Below are positions 47,701 to 57,999 of a stretch of 64,000 nucleotides of DNA, in pieces. The first letter of the stretch is position 1. Each line of letters starts with the position of its first letter. This stretch comes from Alloascoidea hylecoeti. Its lineage: Eukaryota. The translations under genes and the position numbers were made by a program. The stretch spans positions 113,077 to 177,076 of the forward strand of contig BCKZ01000016.1 of the NCBI GenBank assembly GCA_001600815.1, written 5' to 3'. The notes beneath the pieces were generated by a model. That model made no database searches, was not told the DNA's origin, and worked only from the letters and a program-made list of their open reading frames with translations.

Positions 47701-48163
47701 CCCAAATACTCCACTCCTTAATTCCAGAAATTCCATGGTTATCCAAAACATTGGCGATGGCACCAGAAGCATCCCTAATTTCAGCCATAGTCTTTGCATT
47801 CTTAATAGCTAAAAGATGTTCGGATATTGGAGTGTTTTCAACATCGAGAAGGGCCGAGGATAAAGAAGATAAAGAGGTAGTGGAAGCAGCAGGAGTATTA
47901 AATCCAGATGTATTACCACTTCTTGCACCGTCGTTTGATCCTGGAGTACCGGGCACAGAAGAATATTCACCATCAGCAAGATAATCACTTCCATAGTTAT
48001 TATTGTTATAATTGTTTCTATTATTATTATTTCTGAAGGTTCCTCTATGTCCACCACGGTTACCTCTTCCATGACCTCGATGGTTTCCTGTACCATGGCC
48101 AAGTTTTAAATCAAATTGATCATTATTACCATATGATCCCGTAGGATTAAATTTCTGAGACAT
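44744..48163 (-). CDS. NEW1: New1, eEF3-like ABC ATPase with chromodomain insert
   Basis: N/G-rich N-terminus, HEAT region, two ABC cassettes (GRNGAGKST, LSGGW; GANGAGKST, LSGGQ) and C-terminal RRLRHIEWL..PKGTPKPVDTDDE. Confidence 0.93.
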   Translation of the reverse strand: MSQKFNPTGSYGNNDQFDLKLGHGTGNHRGHGRGNRGGHRGTFRNNNNRNNYNNNNYGSDYLADGEYSSVPGTPGSNDGARSGNTSGFNTPAASTTSLSSLSSALLDVENTPISEHLLAIKNAKTMAEIRDASGAIANVLDNHGISGIKEWSIWERIEKLTKPKNIALVKEGSMVALSTLARRYTGDYPNEAYFESALTIPLSLLGDKDKKVLRIAQQTADIIYELFPVEALPSVILPVLLKYLQSSAKWQGKIAALKFVDRIVDDCPSDLLERTFIDTVPVLTSMMHDFKPELSKAGTKSANKFVSILDNNDLSPRFEIIVKTLSDPKLVNECIKTFSHVTFVTEVTEPALSLLVPILDRSLNISSSTQDQLRQTVMVTENLTRLVNDYREIKPFIPILMPGIKKVVATAALPEVRDLASKALSVLENAENDLNASKYKVDIDDILPLIKDEKFADDKTILNYVTEIIISDANVSDWTRLKEQLIQIGYSTEFSDKIVFKLREYLTPDAIKTTDDNGIVIVNTDFSLAYGTRMLLNKTTLRLLKGHRYGLCGRNGAGKSTLMRSIAEGKVDNFPDKSVLRTCFVEHKLQGSDADMNLVAFIASDPELAGVASEEIAKALEEVGFDEERRSQLVGSLSGGWKMKLELARAMLMKADILLLDEPTNHLDVANVKWLEDYLNEHDEITSLIVSHDSGFLDNVCTDIIHYENKKLAYYKGNLSEFVKIKPEGKSYYTLTDSNVKMAFPPPGILTGVRSNTRAVARMSNVTFTYPGGKKPSLSNVSCALSLSSRVAILGANGAGKSTLIKLLTGELMPTTGTVEKHPNLRIGYIAQHALQHVEQHKEKTANQYLQWRYKFGDDREVLLKDSRKISAEEKEQMAKEIDIKDGRGPRAIEAIVGRQKLKKSFQYEIKWINWLPRYNSWVSREILLEHGFNKLIQNFDDHEASREGLGYRELTPPVIRQHFEGVGLDGDIADHTLLGSLSGGQLVKVVIAGAMWNKPHLLVLDEPTNYLDRDSLGGLAVAIRDWTGGVVMISHNNEFVGALCPEQWVVADGKMIQKGKVAVKSDRFEDSKNATSGEESSAVTDADSPLNIKVKKPKKKKMTRKELKEREVRRRLRHIEWLNTPKGTPKPVDTDDEE

Positions 48164-48661
48164 TATATGATATACGATCTGATTTAGAAGAGTATTTTAT
48201 AATTTTTAAAAAAGAGAAAACAGAAAGAAGAAAGAAGAAAGAAGAAAATTTTAAAGATATTTTTCAATTGAAAAAAATAATATATTAATTGACATTTTTA
48301 CATCCTTACATACAGGTTAAAGAAAAATTTTAATGCCGCCCCACGTGTATCAAAGTTAACATTATATATTGTCAAATGGACCTGGGTTTCTAACATTTTC
48401 GATATCTACTTTAAAAGATGAAAGATAAGTAAATTAATTAGAGAAGAAAAAGAAAAATTGGGATCTAAATAAGAAGAGGTAGAGGTATTCCATCCTATGA
48501 ATGATTTCCTCACTTAAAGTGTTTCTAGAATTTTGATTGGATATTATATGTACTAAGTTGAAAAAAACAATTAAATTTATTGTTACAAGATTAACATTGG
48601 ATATTGGAATTATTAGTTCATATATTAAACCTATAAACATACAATATATTTAAATTTATTT

Positions 48662-49683
48662 TTAGTTCATTGATTTAACTAATCCATTGATGAAATGTTC
48701 TCTGTTACCAGTAGAACCACCTTGGATGAAATGTTGGAATTTTCTTGGAACACCCCATCCGCCAGATGGATTAGAAAGCTTGAATGGCCACAAAAAGTTG
48801 TTAACTTGTTTGAAGTTTGGTCCGACTGTGTAGATTTCGTGAATTAAGTCTTCAACTGAGACAATTCCAAATTTTCCAAGAGCTTCGGCAATAATAGCAT
48901 TGTCTGAAAGAGCAACTCTTTGTCCTCTAACCTTTCCGTAGCCACGCTTGTAGATGATTTGTCTAACAGTGGAAAGATTTGGGTAACCGTAGGCAACGTA
49001 TGGTTCAACTAAACGTAAAAGTTCAATTGTGGCCTTGGTTAGACGGACGAAAACACCATTGTTGATGGAAAGAAGACGTAAAAGTTGGAGAACCTTTCTT
49101 GGTTTTGGTGGAATCTTGTTAATACCCTTAATTCTGACAACAAAGGCAAGTTTTGCTTCTTCAGCGACATAATAAGAACCAGATGCTTTGGCTTCACGGT
49201 GAGCATCAATAACAGCACGGTCAGCCTTGTAGTATTCTTCAACGTATTTGGCAGTACGTTCAGCAATGGCTTTTCTTTGTGCAACTCTAGCCTTCTTAGC
49301 AGCAGCTTTTTCTTCAGCTTTTTTGGCAGCGTTGGCGGTAGTAGCCTTTTGCTTCTTTAATTGAGATTCTGGGACAATAACGTCTTGAACAGATGGAACG
49401 GAGCTATATATATATAATGTTAAAAATTTTGAATCATTTGAAAATTATTACAGTATCAGATAAAAGATATATTTCGACAAAACGTTATCATTTATTATAG
49501 CAATATTTTGTTGTATTTTATTGTCTTGTCTTAAATTTCTTCGTGATTGTAAAAGATAAAATATAATGACATTTTCATCCTTTGTTGCAGTTTATAAATT
49601 TCGTATAACAGTCCATCATCAAATATCAATTATCAAATAGATATTTATCAATAATCATTTTTAAAAACTTACGTCTTAACCAT
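48662..49683 (-). CDS. RPL7: 60S ribosomal protein uL30/L7, 2 exons (49683-49673, 49403-48662); missed by the ORF track
   Basis: [73 protein letters not shown] donor and TTTAAC branch. Confidence 0.96.
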
Positions 49684-50879
49684 TTTTGCTGATATTTGTT
49701 GTGATCTGAACAGTGAATATTAATTCCAAAGGTCTTCAACATGTTTGGAAGTCGAAAATGCGATTATTACTTCTTTAGGAAATATGCGTGACTTCAAAAT
49801 TACCCATGGTTGCGCCCTAATATTCAACACGTGTAATATATTTCAGAAACCTTATTTATTATCTAGGCATTGTGGGCAATACCATGCCGGTATGTTATTT
49901 TTTACTTCTCCTATATTTTGAAAGCATTATCCTATTTATATATCTTACATTTGAAATCAAGCTGGATCATGATATTGAAACAACGTCAATATTGTCCATG
50001 CTAATTATAATCAGCAAGAAATCGATAGAATCTTGATGCTACTAACTGTTCAATCATGAGTTGATATCGTTAACATATTGTAAAATAAAACAAATTCTCG
50101 ACAGCCAGCGACTCAAAGGCCGGTACCTGTTACGTATAATGAATACACAAACGGCGAAGGTGATCCAGTTGCAGCACAGCATGTAAGAGGAGTTGCAAGT
50201 TGTAATAGAGATAACACAAACTCTACAGGTTCCAGCCACAATGGAATTTTTATTGATTTTAATAAAGATGCATCATTATAATCAGAGTCAACCATCAAAA
50301 CAATATTTGGATCGTCTTTGAAATCAAGTTGTAACTTCTCATGTGATTTGTATGCATATACATATATTCGAATTTGATATTCAAGATGCTGGTAGTTATA
50401 TTATAACCAAAACCAAATTTGACTCATCGATCTCGGAAAGATGATAAGATCGTCTATTCCCAAGTCTAAATTACACTTATACTAGCTATTATGTAAGATA
50501 TTGATATTTATATAATACATGTATAATTATTTATCCAAAGAAGATCTTAGAAGAAAAAAGTTAGAAAGGTGATGTAGTTGGTCAATATTATTAATATATC
50601 ACAATTAAGTTTTTATAAAAGTTCCATTTCAAGCGCATATACCATACAAATTATATGAATCCCATATTATTAAGATGCTTTTTCTGTGTAAATGTATTTA
50701 ATATCTTTTGTAAGCCTTTTACAGCATTATCGTATACCATGATCAATTACGACCACTCGTAAAAATAGTTTATTAATGGAGTGTTTCTACTTATTTATCA
50801 ACAACGAACATTGGTGCATTGCGTGGCTAAAATTAAGGGGAATGACTATATGCGACTACTTCTTACAGTATGATACTAC

Positions 50880-51195
50880 ATGTTACATCACCACACGCTT
50901 CGGCTGTGAAGTTGTGGTTTTAGCATATGCTACTAAAGATTTAGTGTATTTAGCTAGCTGGATTATCCTATTGTTAAGCGTCGAAGCAGCAGCACTTTCT
51001 GGAGTCCCGATTCTGAGTATTTTTACAGTCAATTTTATCATACACTCCTCCTTACGGTTAATGGAGAGTAATTTTGTTTTTCTTGGAGTATTATAAGGAT
51101 CATCATACACAATATATACAGTTATACTCAACGCTGAGTGTGGAATAGAATCGAATGCTGGATCCTTATATTTTGTTAGAGAGTAGAAGTTGGAA
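50880..51195 (+). mobile_element. Possible highly decayed Ty1/copia RNase H fragment
   Basis: TTRFGCEVVVLAYATKDLVYL, PILSIFTVN, SSLRLMESNFVF and LYFVRE occur in the order of copia EAEY.A..EA.KE, IYxDN, NPVFH and YHFVRE. Spacing is imperfect. Confidence 0.25.
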
Positions 51196-51500
51196 AAAAT
51201 ATAGCAATTTTTATACTCATCAAACATAAGCACTATATAGTTCTATGACATACACTTTAAAAAGCACAATTTTATTATTCTGCATTGTTAATTGGCATGA
51301 AACACAATAAAATTTGTATTTTACGTCGTTGAATTATAATTGATATTAATTAAAATTGAAGTATATATCCTAAATAAATAAATAAAGAAAAAAACAGATG
51401 CATATGATTAAAACAAATGTTGTATAAATGACAATATACACATTTATCATTAAACGTTATTATTATAAAGAAGCAATAATTGCAAAACTTTGGGATGTAT

Positions 51501-53231
51501 TTAACACCAGAATCGATACCATCTGACAAAGAAAGGTTTTGATTTCGTTTCTGCTATTTCCTCAGCAATCTCTTGTTTTAATTGATCCATATCTGCTTCT
51601 CGTCGTCCCGTATCAATATCAATTTCATCAAGTGGAATATACCACCTCCAATTTTTCGTCCAAATTTTATGTGCTATATAAAATACCAGAATAATGACAA
51701 ATGAAATATAACTCTCGAAGAAATTTTCTGCGCTTGGTTTGCCTCCAACTGGAAACAATGCAATCCAGAACTGGGCTACTAGGACCAAAATATTAATTAA
51801 AATAACATAATAGGAACCCCATACGCCAGTCATTGATTTAAATGGCAATTCATCAACTCCTCTACCTGCTTTCTTAAGAGCGCTTCTAAATCTGATATGA
51901 ACTACACCAATTGATCCCCATACAAACACCGACGATAAGCCTGCTAATGCCATCAACCAAGAAAACACTTGGGCTTGTTTATCAGATGCAACAACAAAAC
52001 TAACCAGTCCAACAAATAAAGTAACCATGATTCCAAAAAGAGGTCTTCCTTGTCTATCTATATAGCTTAGAAATTTTGGGGCAAGACCCATAGTAGCCAT
52101 CGCAGCAAGAGTTCTTGAAGAAGCAAAAACTGCAGCGTTACCAACAGACAAAACGGCAATCATAATAACAGCATTCATAACTGAAGGAAGTCCTTTTATT
52201 CCACCATTTACAATAGCAATAACAAAAGGACTAGCAGAAGCATCACTTGAACTTGCTGAAATTAAACGTTTATCGTTATAAGGTATCAGACATCCAATAA
52301 GGATTAAAGAAATAACATAAAATAATAAAATTCTCCAGAAGACTTGTTTAGTTGCTCGTGGTAAAACTTTTCTTGGATTTTCAGATTCCGCAGCAGCTAA
52401 ACCAACCAATTCAGTACCATTAAAAGAAAAGGCAGCAGTTACAAATACAGCACAAACACCTTTGAAACTATGTGCAAAGGCACCTGGGTGATGCCAATAC
52501 ATTCCTCCAATATAACCACCTTGTGGTCCACCACCACAAACTAAAACAACTCCAAGAATAATAAATCCAATGACTGTTATAACTTTAATAATCGAGAAAA
52601 AGAATTCTGCTTCACCATACCCACGAACACCAAACAAGTTAATTCCAACAACGACAACATAAAATATCGCTATCCATGCAGCTGAATTTGTATCCTTATC
52701 CCAATATTTTATTGTGATAGCTGCAGCTACTAATTCTGTAGGTAATACGGCAAGCCATTGAATAGAATAATTCCAACAAACAGCAAATCCCCAAGATGAA
52801 TCCAGGAAACGAATATAATATGTTAGAAAAGATCCTGCAATTGGAAATGCAACAACAAGTTCTCCTAAGGCATTAACCATTGAAAATAACATAGATCCGG
52901 TAATTAACCAAGCAATTATTATACCTGCTGGTCCACCTGTTCTCAAAGCCTTTCCAGATCCAACAAATAAACCTGTTCCAATAGCACCACCAATGGCAAT
53001 CATTTGCAAATGTCTACCCTTCAAACTTCTCTGTAATGGCGAATTGGCTATTAAAGCTTGTGCCTTTTCAACATCTGATAAAGTTGGGTCGACCGCCTCT
53101 ATTTCATGTCTTTTGAAGGAATCTTTGAAAGCTTGCCAACGAGGTATAGATTTGGTTGTTGTTCCATAAGCTGTTTCATCTTGAGATACATCAAAAGATG
53201 GTGACCCAGCTTGTTTTTCTTCTTTGGACAT
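51501..53231 (-). CDS. GAP1: General amino acid permease (YAT family)
   Basis: LKGRHLQMIAIGGAIGTGLFVGSG, FVTAAFSFNGTE, DIDTGRR and C-terminal RFWC. Confidence 0.85.
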   Translation of the reverse strand: MSKEEKQAGSPSFDVSQDETAYGTTTKSIPRWQAFKDSFKRHEIEAVDPTLSDVEKAQALIANSPLQRSLKGRHLQMIAIGGAIGTGLFVGSGKALRTGGPAGIIIAWLITGSMLFSMVNALGELVVAFPIAGSFLTYYIRFLDSSWGFAVCWNYSIQWLAVLPTELVAAAITIKYWDKDTNSAAWIAIFYVVVVGINLFGVRGYGEAEFFFSIIKVITVIGFIILGVVLVCGGGPQGGYIGGMYWHHPGAFAHSFKGVCAVFVTAAFSFNGTELVGLAAAESENPRKVLPRATKQVFWRILLFYVISLILIGCLIPYNDKRLISASSSDASASPFVIAIVNGGIKGLPSVMNAVIMIAVLSVGNAAVFASSRTLAAMATMGLAPKFLSYIDRQGRPLFGIMVTLFVGLVSFVVASDKQAQVFSWLMALAGLSSVFVWGSIGVVHIRFRSALKKAGRGVDELPFKSMTGVWGSYYVILINILVLVAQFWIALFPVGGKPSAENFFESYISFVIILVFYIAHKIWTKNWRWYIPLDEIDIDTGRREADMDQLKQEIAEEIAETKSKPFFVRWYRFWC

Positions 53232-53655
53232 TGAACACTAAAAAAGAGATTCAATCACCGATGAAAAATAAAATGGTGAAGAAATGGAATATAAGCTTTA
53301 TATATATTTAAAAAAATAAATAGAATTAAATAAAAGATCCCGATCATATGACATTTACAGTTTTTAGATTACGAATGAGCTTAACTTTTGTGGGGACGAA
53401 GGCCGCGGCTGAGAACAGGGCCGGCTTCAATCTGCGGTGATTACATCCCTAACTAATAGTAACTATATATTATTATACTTGCTTACAGGGGTTATGAGCG
53501 ACATCCAAAAGAAAAACGGCTATATTTAATTACATTATCATTTGTTTTAAGAGTTCATATTGCTTGTTTAATTAGGGAAAGTTTAATATACTCAACTGAT
53601 ACGCTCTTTCTTCATTAATGTTGAAGCAGGCCAAAGGAGTTGTAAGGTTGAAATT

Positions 53656-53709
53656 CTTATCATAGACACCTTTCAAAACAGGGTTCGACATTGGCTTCTA
53701 ATGCTTATC
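53656..53709 (-). promoter_or_regulatory. Pair of GATAAG (nitrogen catabolite repression, GATA-factor) sites upstream of GAP1
   Basis: CTTATCAT at 53656 and 53704, about 425-480 bp upstream of the ATG. Confidence 0.4.
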
Positions 53710-55421
53710 ATGAAAGTGCAGCTATGTTCAATGAAGTTTTGAAAATCGTATATAGTTTTATAATTATAACCTACAAATTAGGTTCGGTGCGATTCATCGA
53801 ACTTATTACGGAAAATTGAAAAACCTTTTCACGTAAATTAACGGTCGGATATGCTGGTATACGCTGGGAAGTGCACCTCTCTTAATTATAACTCGGAGGT
53901 CAGTATTATGTTTACAAATACATCAACGTTAATGTTAACATTAATTACAGATATCGATTAACAATTACAGATTCACAATAAATAGTTGATAAATTTAATA
54001 TTATTATACTATATAAGCAATTAGTCGTTTCGTACACTCATCCTCATCAGAGTTCTCGGAAAATCCCAATACAGTAATAATAATCACATGTTGATAAAAT
54101 GATTTTCGTAAACGTAAACGGACGATTTGAAAAATGGTTCATGGAAAAGTTACTTTCCGAGAAACCCTTGAAATTAACAATTCCGTAATCGGGCCGAACC
54201 CTACCTATTCTCTATTTCAATTACGATGCATAAAACAAATGGTTAAAAAAGATATCGTACTTGCATATGCATAATCACTTCAACGAATCAACACATTACA
54301 TTATATCATATCGCAGGTAAGTTTAACGTTTAAGAATGCTACTGGTAGCTATGATAGTATAACATCGGCTCATTCGGAATAATTAGCTTACTTATTATAA
54401 TTTTATACGATATATGAAGATTTTTTATAATGATGTCAAGGCACCTCTGTACACCAGTAAGGAAAGAACTTCCATTTAATACTTTATGAGGACATTGAGG
54501 GGAACTCAATCAGTCAAAAATCAACTGAGCCTTCCTTTAATTTATATATGAATGTAGAAGAAGAATTTCCGTAACATATAATCCTTGCCTCAGCGGAGTG
54601 AAAGGATACGTCGACACAGATGTATTCTTATGATCAATCTTGTATAAATTTTGCTATGCCAACATCTGTGTCAAGAATCGGTGTTACAGTTCTGATATCA
54701 ATTGTAAGGTTCCAACTTTCAATTAGGTCCTTGAAAAAGCCATTGATAAGGGATAGATTTATAATTACACTCTTCTCCATAGATGAAGAGAAGTAGTATG
54801 GAAAAGGTATTCAATATACTGCAACAGCATGGATTAAAATGATTTAATAAAGAAAATATAAGATTTAGCCCCACTTCTTTGATGTTAAAACAGGGTTAAC
54901 ACTAAACTACAATCATAGTTGTATAGGATCTACTATGCATCTCCTGTGAGCTGAAAGAAGAAAAAATATCGAATGGGAAGCACAATATTCATATCTAAAT
55001 TGAGCGAGATCCCTTTATCTGGGTACATTCTCTAACTTTCAGATAATGGATAATCATTAGAGACAGGGAATTGTGTAATCCCTACGATTAACCTCCGTTC
55101 TTACCAAATAATTTCACACGATCTCTTTTCGCTCGATAGCAATTAGTCACACAGATGGCTGAAGTAATTGAATATTATGAAGACAATACTTTTAAGTCTC
55201 TTGTATAAATTTTTCCTGTCCTTAATTACATATCTTACAGTCCTAACTATGGATGTTGCATCACATTGTTATTCCTCTATACCTAAACATAAAATCTTGG
55301 TTTGATAGTCATTAACAGTCTTTGAGTTAAATAGTTATTAAAGCGACTATAAATCTAAGCCCATTGACATTCGCGATCCGAGCTGATGTATTTTACATAT
55401 GCGATATTCAATATCGCATTG

Positions 55422-55609
55422 CTTCTATTGCACTAACTTTGGCATAGTTTGCATTGTTTCATAAACTTTCACTTAACTCTTTAATAATAAATTAATATAC
55501 TACATGCTTTATGTGTATCTTATAATTAAGTTTCTATATTCATATAAAATCAAAGCATTCTCAGTTAAATGAAACAATGCAAACCATATGAAGGTTAGTG
55601 GAACAGAAG
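55422..55609. mobile_element. Old MITE-like imperfect inverted repeat (~190 bp)
   Basis: CTTCTATTGCACTAACTTTGGCATAGTTTGCATTGTTTCAT versus reverse complement CTTCTGTTCCACTAACCTTCATATGGTTTGCATTGTTTCAT. Confidence 0.6.
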
Positions 55610-56309
55610 GAAGTCTACCAGATATCATCGAAATGACAATAAAAATTAATAATAAAATTAGATTATATTATATTATCTTGTTTAATTGATAGCTAATGGA
55701 AAATTAAATGAATCAGTAAACTAAATAGGATCCTATCTTACATAATTTCCGAAATACTAGAAGCATCAATGATGCAGCGAAAACTGTAGGAAAATCTTAT
55801 CACACAAATTACACAATTGCAAATTCTGCTGTACACTTTTATACCTCTCTTATATTATCCAAGAGCTCTATCTATGTTCAAAACATCTCCAGTACAGGCT
55901 CATAGATATAAATTTATGTAAAATTTTAAATGATTTTAGTTATATAGTATCTAATTATAATAGACCAAATGAAATTGCAATTGAAAATGCAAATATTAGA
56001 CTTTATTTCCTCATTTAAATAGTTTCTTGTTAAGAATTATAATCAAAATTTGATGGAAGTAGCAGAAGAAAAAAACCCCATCTTATAACTAATAAGATTA
56101 TGAGCGGGTACTTTCGGGTTTATGTTTTAGATTTATTTTATTTTACTACGTTAAGTTAACTTTGGTGTAAGAAAAAATTAAAATTAAAAGGAGTGTATAC
56201 GTAAATAAAAGTTCTTTTCAAAACTGACTAAAATGAACTGTAGAAGCGGTTAAAAATGAAACAATTTGATAACCGACTATAAAATGATTTCTATTCAAGA
56301 ATGGGAAAT

Positions 56310-57413
56310 TTAACAAGAAGCACCTGAACCACTTGGAATACCAGTGCATTTAGTGGATTTCTTACCACCAGTAACACTAACACCAGACCATTTCCAATTA
56401 GAAGCTCCCTTAACCAAAATGTAAACATTAGTACCTGTGCTCTTAACTGTTCCTTTAACGTTGGTTAATGTCAATCCAGTAATTGGAACACCAGAAGTCG
56501 GTGTACCTGTGGGAGATCCGTTCTGATAATCACCTTCAATAACAACACCATATTTAGCAATATTCTTGAGAGTAATTCCGCTGTAAGTGACATCGGAAAC
56601 TGATCCAGTAGCACCATAGACTGTCTTAACACGAACACCGTTATCAGAATTAACGACTGTTGAATCACTAATAGTCACTCCCTTGACTACATTGTTGGAT
56701 CTGCCGCCAACTGAACCAATTGAGATACCATGACCACCAGAACAGTAACCATTCTTGAAAATAATATTAGTACCTGAATTGACTGCTAAACAATCATCTT
56801 GATTGTAAACTTTAGCACCAGTGATAGTAATGGCGTCTGAAGAACCAACATCAAAGGCATCAGTATTATGGCCACCATTAGTGACATCACCAGCGGTGTT
56901 ATCAATTGTAATACCGGATAATGTCAATGTTTTGGAATTGTTAATTGAAAACACTTGAACAGGTGAGTTCTTAATATTCAATCCAGTGATACTAGAGCTG
57001 TACATTTTATGAGCATAGAAAAACTTTGGCTTTGTCTTACCACCATTTGATCCTTTACCATCCCACCATTTAGCGCCATTACCATTAATAACATGACCAG
57101 AGGCACCAACAACCTTAATATTTGTACCTGCAACAGAGATCAATGGACCTGCCCATTCTTTATAACCAAAGGTCGTAGTACCTTGGAAAGTAACGGTTGT
57201 GCCAGATTTCAATCCAGTAAGATCAAGTGTTTGACCAGCAGGAACAGTCAAACCAGAAACAACAATGTTAGTACATGAACTTTTAACACTAGCAACATTA
57301 CTAATAGATGTACCACTTATAGTACATGAACTAGCTCTTTTGTCTAGTTCAGAAGGAGCAGCTTCGCTCATCATCAAAAGGCAAAATCCGGTGACTAAGG
57401 TAGATAATTTCAT
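56310..57413 (-). CDS. PGU1: Secreted endo-polygalacturonase (GH28)
   Basis: Signal peptide plus KR propeptide site; NTDAFD, QDDC, GHG and RVKT catalytic motifs. Confidence 0.95.
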   Translation of the reverse strand: MKLSTLVTGFCLLMMSEAAPSELDKRASSCTISGTSISNVASVKSSCTNIVVSGLTVPAGQTLDLTGLKSGTTVTFQGTTTFGYKEWAGPLISVAGTNIKVVGASGHVINGNGAKWWDGKGSNGGKTKPKFFYAHKMYSSSITGLNIKNSPVQVFSINNSKTLTLSGITIDNTAGDVTNGGHNTDAFDVGSSDAITITGAKVYNQDDCLAVNSGTNIIFKNGYCSGGHGISIGSVGGRSNNVVKGVTISDSTVVNSDNGVRVKTVYGATGSVSDVTYSGITLKNIAKYGVVIEGDYQNGSPTGTPTSGVPITGLTLTNVKGTVKSTGTNVYILVKGASNWKWSGVSVTGGKKSTKCTGIPSGSGASC

Positions 57414-57932
57414 TGTAATTATGAATGAGTTAATGTGAGGAGAATTTATTTAATTGGTAGAATTCTAAAGTAATGAGAACTTGAAGACTTTATGGAATAT
57501 ATCAGAAGAGGGTATATTCTTGTATTTATATACAGATTTCTTTATATACGAGTTTTTAATACGGCAACCGCAAACGTGTAAAATTATAGGCGTATTCCTT
57601 AAATCTACTATGCATACGAGTATATTGTTGTAATATTATATCAATTATTCCGGCTAGCTATAGTCATAAGACTATTATATTTTAAAGCCATAAATTTATT
57701 TGGTAACATATTCGCGACTGTTTCAAATTTGGGGCGGGAACTGGGATAGAAACTACAATGTGTGGATCGTAAATGATATGGATATACTGTATCGTATATA
57801 CAATTAATATTAGCGATCGAAGCTATATTTAGATTAGATATGTTTAAGGGTGTATTTAATATATCTGCGTAATTTAAGACATCTTAGTTTCTGGATCTGA
57901 TGATTCTTTATTGCTTGGACAATAAAGCTTGT

Positions 57933-57999
57933 TGGCATACGGCTCGGTATCCTAATTATGAAAAATGTATCATGGCATACGGCGGTATCCTAATTATGA
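57933..57999. repeat. Direct repeat (29/27 bp, 40-bp period) containing CGG pairs, upstream of the polygalacturonase
   Basis: TGGCATACGGC(TC)GGTATCCTAATTATGA at 57933-57961 and 57973-57999. Confidence 0.8.

Noticed and set aside
49404..49672. Intronic box C/D snoRNA (snR39/snR59 are hosted by S. cerevisiae RPL7 introns)
   Set aside because: TGATGA and CTGA boxes exist ~160 nt apart, but I see no convincing rRNA-complementary guide or terminal stem.
50713..50723. U5 snRNA loop-like GCCTTTTAC
   Set aside because: The closing stem and the rest of the U5 architecture are missing.
1390..57278. Numerous 60-140 aa ORF-track entries antisense to or overlapping real genes (e.g. 1698-1997, 9748-10119, 24411-24836, 47610-47984, 49085-49360)
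   Set aside because: Shadow ORFs of conserved coding sequences, with no independent motifs.
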